Origin: Octopus vulgaris
Lineage: Eukaryota
Reading direction: 5' to 3'
Assembly (NCBI GenBank): GCA_951406725.2
Contig: OX597821.1
Span: 100,378,001 to 100,442,000, forward strand
Length of the DNA stretch: 64,000 nt
The notes below the pieces were generated by a model, which saw nothing but the letters and a program-made list of their open reading frames with translations, ran no database searches and had not been told where the DNA came from. Position numbers and translations under genes: made by a program. Of the stretch, positions 55,667 through 64,000 are shown one piece after another (the first letter of the stretch is position 1; every line of letters starts with the position of its first letter).

Positions 55667-56061
55667 ACGCAGAAGTGGCTGTGTGGTAAGTAGCTTGCTA
55701 ACCAACCACATTGTTCCGGGTTCAGTCCCACTGCGTAGCATCTTGGGCAACTTTCTTCTGCTATAGCCCCGGGCCGACCAATGCCTTGTGAGTGGATTTG
55801 GTAGACGGAAACTGAAAGAAGCCTGTCGTATATATGTATATATATATATGTATGTGTGTCTATGTTTGTGTGTCTGTGTTTGTGCCCCTAGCATTGCTTG
55901 ACAACCGATGCTGGTGTGTTTGCGTTCCTGTAACTTAGCGGTTCGGCAAAAGAGATCGATAGAATAAGGCTTACAAAGAATAAGTCCCGGGGTCGATTTG
56001 CTCGACTAAAGGCGGTGCTCCAGCATGGCCGCAGTCAAATGACTGAAACAAGTAAAAGAGA
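55667..56061 (+). mobile_element. SINE family A
   Basis: Matches the other family A copies. Confidence 0.9.
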
Positions 56062-57870
56062 AAATGACTCCAATTGACTCCATTTGAGCGAGTTCGAGAA
56101 AAGGACGGTATTGATGTTATAGCTAAGCCAGTGTTTCTTTGCCTGAAAAAATATTTACCTACGAAAAGGCAAGAAGAAAGGTAGATTATCTATAATTCAA
56201 ATAGCATGCCCTCGAAAGAAGAGACGGAAATGTCCTCGGCCAATTTGTGATATGATATGCGCTTCTTAGTCCGATGCAGGACATGTGGAAGATTGTCCCT
56301 GTTATTTAACACCAAGAAATCGGAACCACATCAATCAATCAATATGTTCTATTTTAAGCCAATAGGATTCAACTTAAGGAAGATTTGGCAACTAATTCTA
56401 TCAGACTGTGTCACTTTTTAGATTCTTCCTCGTTTAGTCAATCTGTGAAAAATCAAATTACCACTTTCATTTCATACTTGAGTAAATTATGTTTAAAAAA
56501 CCTGAATCAATAGAAAATATTTGTTACATCAAATCATGCAGATTGTCTATTTTTGGCAAAATCATATGTCTCGAGCCACCAGAGACTTGTTTTTGAAAAG
56601 CAAAATGGATGGGAAACGTTTAAACTTAGTATGATGTTTTATCGACATGTATTAATTTTAAGTTATTTCATAAGAGAGATAGAAGTGCTGTACAATACAT
56701 CTATACACATGTATATAATTACAGCATTTTAAATTGAACCTTACTGGTTACTTTACGTTGTGAACCCCGAGAGATGGAATGCAAATTATATATCACAAAC
56801 ATTTAGCCCTTTGCCTGTCCTCCTCATCACATATGATGCACAAGACATATTTCCCTGGTATCTCGTCCCTGCATCATTGTTTTTGCGCCCTTTTAAAGCC
56901 TATCCTGGCTCATGGTCCCGGTTTCCCGGTTTCTATGGTGTATGTGTTCCCCAGCTGGACAGGACGCCAGTCCATTGCAGGTGCATGCATCATACAGATA
57001 TATATTCCCAATATTTTCAACGACTTAGAGTAACTTAAGGCACATGAAAGAAAGCTTTATATTAATCAGAACATAAGAAACAAGAGCTAAGTGTAAGTCT
57101 GAAAACAAGCATGAACGTTTAGGACACACTTATAAAAAAAAAGCTTTTGGCACAAGCGAATAGTTGAACTCGGAACGTAAAGAACCGTAGCAAACACCGC
57201 AAGCCATTTTGTACATGGATCTCCGGAGTATAAAAACATGTAGAAATATTAGTGAGGGCGGAGAGCCTTGGTGTGTTGTCGATACCTTTGCGCACGGCCA
57301 TGTGTTGAGCGGGGAGATAAGCCGCAATAGCATGTAGTCAATATTAAAAGATTGCATGAAACTACAAATTCTGGTGACCACAAATTTATCCTGTGTTACT
57401 ATATTGATGGAGAGGAGCGAATTAGGCAGGTTCTTTTCATGTTTGGGTTTATTAACTATATTTTCTTGTTATGTGTAATGATTGTGCCTTTGTAATGTTG
57501 AAGAGCTTAAGAATTGCACACCCCTATTCGCATGTGTTCTTCACGTCTAACTTCAAAAAGCTTCTTATATGTGTGTGTATGTATGTTGTGCACACACACA
57601 CACACATATATGTATATATATATATATATATATAAATATATATATATGTATATATATATAAATATATAAAAATATATGTATATATATATATGTATATATA
57701 TATATATAAATGTATATGATATACACATAAATGCACATATATATTCTATACATATATACACTTATGTATAAACTATAAACTGCCCTTCTATAATATATGG
57801 TATATACATATGTATATATATATATATATATATATACATACATACATATGTATATACCATATACTCACTT

Positions 57871-57925
<55 letters not shown>

Positions 57926-59157
57926 TATATTTATATATATCTATATGTATATATATTTGTAAATAGTAAGGGAATGCTGTATATATATATTGTGTGTGCG
58001 TGTGTGCGCGCGTGTGTGTACAGTATATCCATGTATATATATATATAATTTTATTGGCAATAACTCTACTATAACCACCAGATATAATCGCTTTTAAATG
58101 CAAATAACGTTGTTGAAACGGAAAGAACTCAAACAGCGCGTCCAAGCTTTCAATTTTGTCGCTCTCGTTTTCTTTCCATAAAAGCATGATATTTGAAGCG
58201 TCAAGTATGTGTTATAGAATTATTAAGAATTGGACGCAGAATATGATTTGAGGGCTATTTGACTGTCCTTGAAGCATATCATTCAACCATGTAGATGTTC
58301 CACCGTTGATTCGATATACATGTTTATAAACCGTTGTCATCCGGTTTCTCCTTTTCATGTATGTTTTCACTTCGGTTATTGTAATTAATTATAATCATAA
58401 CTCCGTTGAGTCCGGCAGCAATACCGTTGAAAATTTAATTTTGCTTTTATGAAAGACCTTCATTGCTAAGTGTAGTGGAATGGTTTCGTTATGTTTTGTG
58501 GATGACGTTTGGGTGATTTTGCTAAGAATTGGAATCCAAACCAGCTAAGACAATCACCAAATATACAGTAGCCATCCACTGGAGCATAACTCCACAAAAT
58601 AGAAGTATAACTCCACTGGAGTATAACTCCATAGAAAACAAGTGTAGAAAAAAAATGTATTTCAACAGAGTATGATTCCAAACTGCTTTATACTCTTTCT
58701 CCGTGCGGAATCAACTTACAGTCAGGTGTCATATTTGCCTGAACAGGTATTTTATCAAGTGCATCAGTCACAACATCCATTTTTTTTATTGGTCTTCTTT
58801 TAGATCAAACAGCAGATGTAGGACTAAATTATCCGATGCGACTTTATTTTGAAATGGCATGATGTAATTTGAGAGAGATTTGATTGTTATTTCTAGAAAC
58901 TCCAGTGGCAATCTAAACTCATTGGTGGGTCTTTTTTTCATATCAGACAGCAAATATAGGACTTCATAATCCATTGTCTCTTTTTCATTTCTTAAACAGG
59001 CTGAAGAAATTTGGGAGAAATTTCACAACTATTTTTAGCAACTTGAGTGGCCAAATAATGGCTTTCTCGGACAGAGCGCATTAACAGTGAAAGAAGTTCG
59101 AACTGACAACACACCGTCCGGTAGATATCCACTTCATCTAAATAACTATATATATAC

Positions 59158-59697
<540 letters not shown>

Positions 59698-59999
59698 TAT
59701 ATAACTTGTCTGTTGAAAAATCAATAACGATTTCTTTATATCTCGCTGATATGAAAATTACTTTGTGGTTTTTACTTATATAACAATCGGTGACTGAAAA
59801 AATATTTCTTTTTTATTGCTATTAGAAATTCGATATATTGTATTTTGGTACCAACATTTTCAGTCACGTACTCCTGTATATGTTGTTACTATTGTTTTGT
59901 TGTTTAAGCTTATGTTATTCGCCTGAACCTTGATCTGCGATCATGGGGGTATCGAGGATGTCTTCTCGCCTCTTCAAACACAACAACGCACACACGCAT

Positions 60000-60043
<44 letters not shown>

Positions 60044-60315
60044 ACTCACACACATTTATGCTTCTTTTAATTCTTTCACATTGCATTTTATTTCATTGGT
60101 TCTAGGTTTGCAACAGCCAGTCACTAGTTCACTATGTTTATGAATATGAGAGCTAGCAACGGAGTGTCTGTGATGTCTGGGATGGGGGAACAAAAGCCAT
60201 ACGGAGTATTTTTAGTCGAAACGCAATAGTTTTTTTCTTGTGTGCATCTCCACCGATTGACATCAACACAAAGTGTGTGCGTGTGTATGTATGTATATAT
60301 ATATATATCTTTCTC

Positions 60316-60700
60316 TCTTTTACTTGTTTCAGTCATTTGATTGCGGCCATGCTGGAGCAGCGCCTTTAGTCGAGCAAATCGACCCCAAGACTTATTCTTT
60401 GGAAGCCTAGTACTTATCCTATCGGTCTTATTTGCCGAACCCCTAAGTTACGGGGACGTAAACACAACACCATCGGTTGTCAAGCGATGTTGGGGGGACA
60501 AACACAGACGCACAAGCATACACACACACACACACACATATATATATGACGGGCTTCTTTCAGTTTCCGTCTACCAAATCCACTCACAAGGCTTTGGTCG
60601 GCCCCAGGCTATAGTAGAAGACACTTGCCCAAGGTGCCACGCTGTGGGACTGAACCCGGAACCATGTGGTTGGTAAGAAGCTACTTCACGCACAGCCACT

Positions 60701-60703
<3 letters not shown>
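60316..60703 (-). mobile_element. SINE family A
   Basis: Matches the other family A copies. Confidence 0.9.
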
Positions 60704-60739
<36 letters not shown>

Positions 60740-60949
60740 ATGAATTAGAAGCAGCTCGAAGTATGTAAATAAAATTTAACACACATACACGAGGTGTATT
60801 TTTTTTAGTTTGTGGGTCGGCTACTTATATTCTCAATGCGCCTGGTGTTAAAAACAGGCGCATTGAGAATATATTCTCTTACACCCAAAAAATGCAGCCG
60901 ACTCATGAACTAATAACACACACCTTGTGTATATGTGTTCGATTTTGTT

Positions 60950-60980
<31 letters not shown>

Positions 60981-61004
60981 GTGTATACACACACACAAGC
61001 ATAT

Positions 61005-61665
61005 ATGGGTACAGGACCTCATCAACAGTAAACAACATGAAATACAAAAACAAATGAGTTCGATACGCAAACAACGAGAGAAACAAATGGATAGCAGGTT
61101 AAGTAACACAAAGGGCGACCCTTCATCAATTGTCGACTGTCTAGCTACTACTCATTTCGAGCATTGAACGACAATATGAGTCTTCGAAGGCAGTTGTTCT
61201 CATAAGAGCCAAAATAAAATTTGGGATTTATGGAGGGTCAAATTTGGGAATAAAACCAGGACAGTGGAGACATACAAGGAAACCGAACGAAAAAAAAACA
61301 TGGAGGATCGTTAGACAAGAACGAGGATAAAATCTTTTCTCTTGTCAGAGAAAATATTTCTTCAGCGTTCGCTATTTTACCCTCGTTCTAGTCTAATGGT
61401 CTCCATGCTTGTTTTCGTTCGGATTCCTTGTATGTCTCAGCTGTCCTCTTTTTGTTACCAACTTTGATCCTCCATAAAATCCAAATTTCATTTTGATACT
61501 TATGGGAACAACTGTCTTTGAAGATTCATATTGTCGTTCAATGCTCGAAATGAGGGTAGATAGACAGCTGATAACTGATGAAGGGTCGTTCTTTATGTTA
61601 CTTGTCCTGTTTTCCATTTGTTTCTCTCGTTGTTTGCGAATTTCATGTTGTTTACTGTACCCATA
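61005..61665. mobile_element. Inverted pair of family H2 elements between microsatellites
   Basis: ~61005-61330 and ~61378-61665 are clearly diverged reverse complements with a ~50-bp spacer. Confidence 0.8.
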
Positions 61666-61670
61666 TATGC

Positions 61671-61710
<40 letters not shown>

Positions 61711-61745
61711 TATATATATATTATATATATATATACATACATACA

Positions 61746-61813
<68 letters not shown>

Positions 61814-62046
61814 TATTATTGACAATAATAACCACAATAATATAAATGGCCAGTAAGCTTTGAAGCCAAAAAGACAAATTTATAAATTTATAATTCATTA
61901 TTAATTATAATTGAGGGTAGCTGAATAGCCGAAGTACCAGCGTAGCTAGAAATAGAAACCGAGAAATACTCAAATAAGCCACTATTTCATTGAAAATACA
62001 AAAATACAATAGGCTGACGAAAATCAAAGGACAAGCAAAATTTAAC

Positions 62047-62084
<38 letters not shown>

Positions 62085-62107
62085 TTGTTCAACATTCTTA
62101 AACAACC

Positions 62108-62348
62108 CTTATTCAGGAACCGTTTGAGCAGGACGGGCTACTCGACCTGAATAAAATTCTAACTGGGCCCCCTCCCCTGCAAGGTCATGTTTATCTTGAT
62201 ATGCGATCACCATGTCGCGCACATATGGCTGTGATGCATGTGCCTGGTGTACCCTTATCAGACGGGTAGTTATGATGGGTATACTGGGCTTCGTATATTT
62301 TACCCCAGTGAATTTGATGGCATGCACTGCTCTCTCACTCAATAATAA
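62108..62348 (+). mobile_element. Short retroposon with (AAT)n tail
   Basis: Longer copy of 49826-49990; ends GCACTGCTCTCTCACTCAATAATAA. Confidence 0.7.
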
Positions 62349-63486
62349 AAATGATATTTCATTGCTCAACTGGTACTTATTGCATGAAACCCGAAAGGAT
62401 AGAAGGCAAAGTCGATCACTTTGGAATTTGAACTTAGAGGGTAAAGATCCAAAAGAAATACCGTTAAGCATTTTATATGACGCTCATACATGGCTTCTAG
62501 GATCGTGTTTTCAATCTTCCCTTTTTTCATTTCGACATTTCTTAGTTGTTTAGAAGAAATCAATATGGTATTTATTTGTACCAGTGATTGACTTGTGCTC
62601 TCTTTCTCCTCTTTCCTCTGCCTGTTACTGACATGTGACCTGTAGTCGGCCTGTTTTGCTCTTTCTCTTTTTTACACCGGTCGTTGAAGCAACGAGTCGT
62701 AAATTCTCATATCTCCACTTCAACCTGTATCGCTATCTTTTGCCCACCTGTTTCCAATCTTTTAGGATTTTCCTCTAAGCGTTACCCATACTTCGTCTTC
62801 ATTTAGCTTTAAGGCTACATTATGTTTCGTTTTTATTTCGCTTTGTCCTTCGTCCGTCCACTAACGGTCTCATCTTGAATTACATTTATTCATTTTCCTA
62901 TGTCCACTTTTATATCGCTTGTTATCCATGTTTAGTTTTCTATTCTCGGTCTCATACCCCAGCAGCTTTTGTAGGTGCCACCAGCTAGGAAGTAATATTA
63001 TCGTTTATGGCACGAAATTGCATAAGACCCACTGGCTGATAAATGATGAGGGAGTGGAGACCTTCTGTATCTGTTTTCCGATCGTCTGTGCATTTACAAT
63101 TCCTTTTTTAATTTGCCATTCTGTGTCTGTTTTTCGTTTCCGCAGTTTATATACATTTTTTTAACTTATTAATTAACGGAACGCAACACACCTTGGTTTT
63201 ATTCACAGTAAGATATACAATACAAGCACACACATACACATCAGTACATACTCATATACATACATAAATACATATACACACGCATACTTATGTATATAAC
63301 CATCATCATCATCATCATCATCATCATGAAGATTGTCGTAATCATCAAAGTATTCAACATGAGCCAATAAGAAATCTGTATGCAGTCAGAGACAATACCG
63401 TAGGAAGAACATCTCATTGGTCTGTGCAGTTTCAAGACATATACAGAGATGATGAAGACAAGGTCACGATTGGAACGCCTCTGGTC

Positions 63487-63880
63487 ATGCATATACTTGA
63501 TCAGAGTACAGTTGATGTTAAACAACAGTATCATCATTGTCATCATCATCATCATCATCAACATCCTCCTCCTCTTCCTCCTCCTCCTCCTCCTCCTCAT
63601 CATCATCATCATCATCAACATTATCATCATAATCACCATCATCGTCGTCAGCGTCGTCGTCGTCGTCATCATCATCATCGTGATTTGCAGCAAGAAGAAA
63701 GACACTCCCACGACCACAACTACCACCACATCCACCACCACCACCACCACATCCAACAACCAACAGCAGCAGCATCACCGCCACCACCGCCTCCATACAC
63801 CAATAGCAATATCAGCAGATTCTGTGTCATTGTTGTCATCACGATCCTGCTGTTTGTTGTCTCCTTCTTTCTCTTCTCAG
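63487..63880 (+). CDS. Candidate first coding exon of a host membrane or secreted protein (His/Pro-rich N-terminus + hydrophobic anchor)
   Basis: Frame open from 63268 to the window end; first ATG at 63487 gives MHILDQSTVDVKQQYHH...AAASPPPPPPYTNSNISRFCVIVVITILLFVVSFFLFS-G; phase-1 donor CAG|GTGCGT at 63880/63881; upstream acceptor TTTTCGTTTCCGCAG at 63145. Confidence 0.5.
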
Positions 63881-63885
63881 GTGCG

Positions 63886-63918
<33 letters not shown>

Positions 63919-64000
63919 TTACATACACATGTTACACACACTTACATAAATACATACACACTACAAAACACATATTCACATGCACGTGTATACATATGTG

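Noticed and set aside
58577-58631. Short repeated GGAG(C/T)ATAACTCC units
   Set aside because: Three degenerate copies consistent with local slippage; no evidence of function.

Overview
Eukaryotic, AT-rich, microsatellite-saturated DNA, most likely intronic or intergenic sequence of a coleoid cephalopod (Octopus-like; inferred from the tRNA-derived SINE families and the (TA)n/(ATAC)n/(ATCT)n density, not verified). Nearly all ORFs in the track are microsatellite or SINE artefacts. Protein-coding remnants I can support are: (1) a young, 5'-truncated R4/Dong-type RLE non-LTR retrotransposon (open frame 48151-49782, - strand) sitting in a (TAA)n array; (2) a full-length but dead mariner (43053-44333); (3) a decayed hAT-Charlie/GTF2IRD2-like transposase (~11898-14245). 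There is also a candidate host coding exon missing from the ORF track (63487-63880, +: His-rich, PPxY motif, hydrophobic anchor, phase-1 GT donor). The window also holds ~30 SINEs from at least 4 modular families, non-autonomous Helitrons, and Tigger and hAT MITEs. The most striking pattern is a set of several unrelated short non-coding elements with hammerhead-ribozyme-like cores (CUGANGA-stem-GAAAC with a palindromic mini stem III), resembling Penelope pLTRs or retrozymes. They mostly sit in (TA)n tracts and repeatedly form palindromes or interleaved inverted repeats. All coordinates were read by eye; repeat boundaries are approximate (about +/-10 nt) unless stated otherwise.
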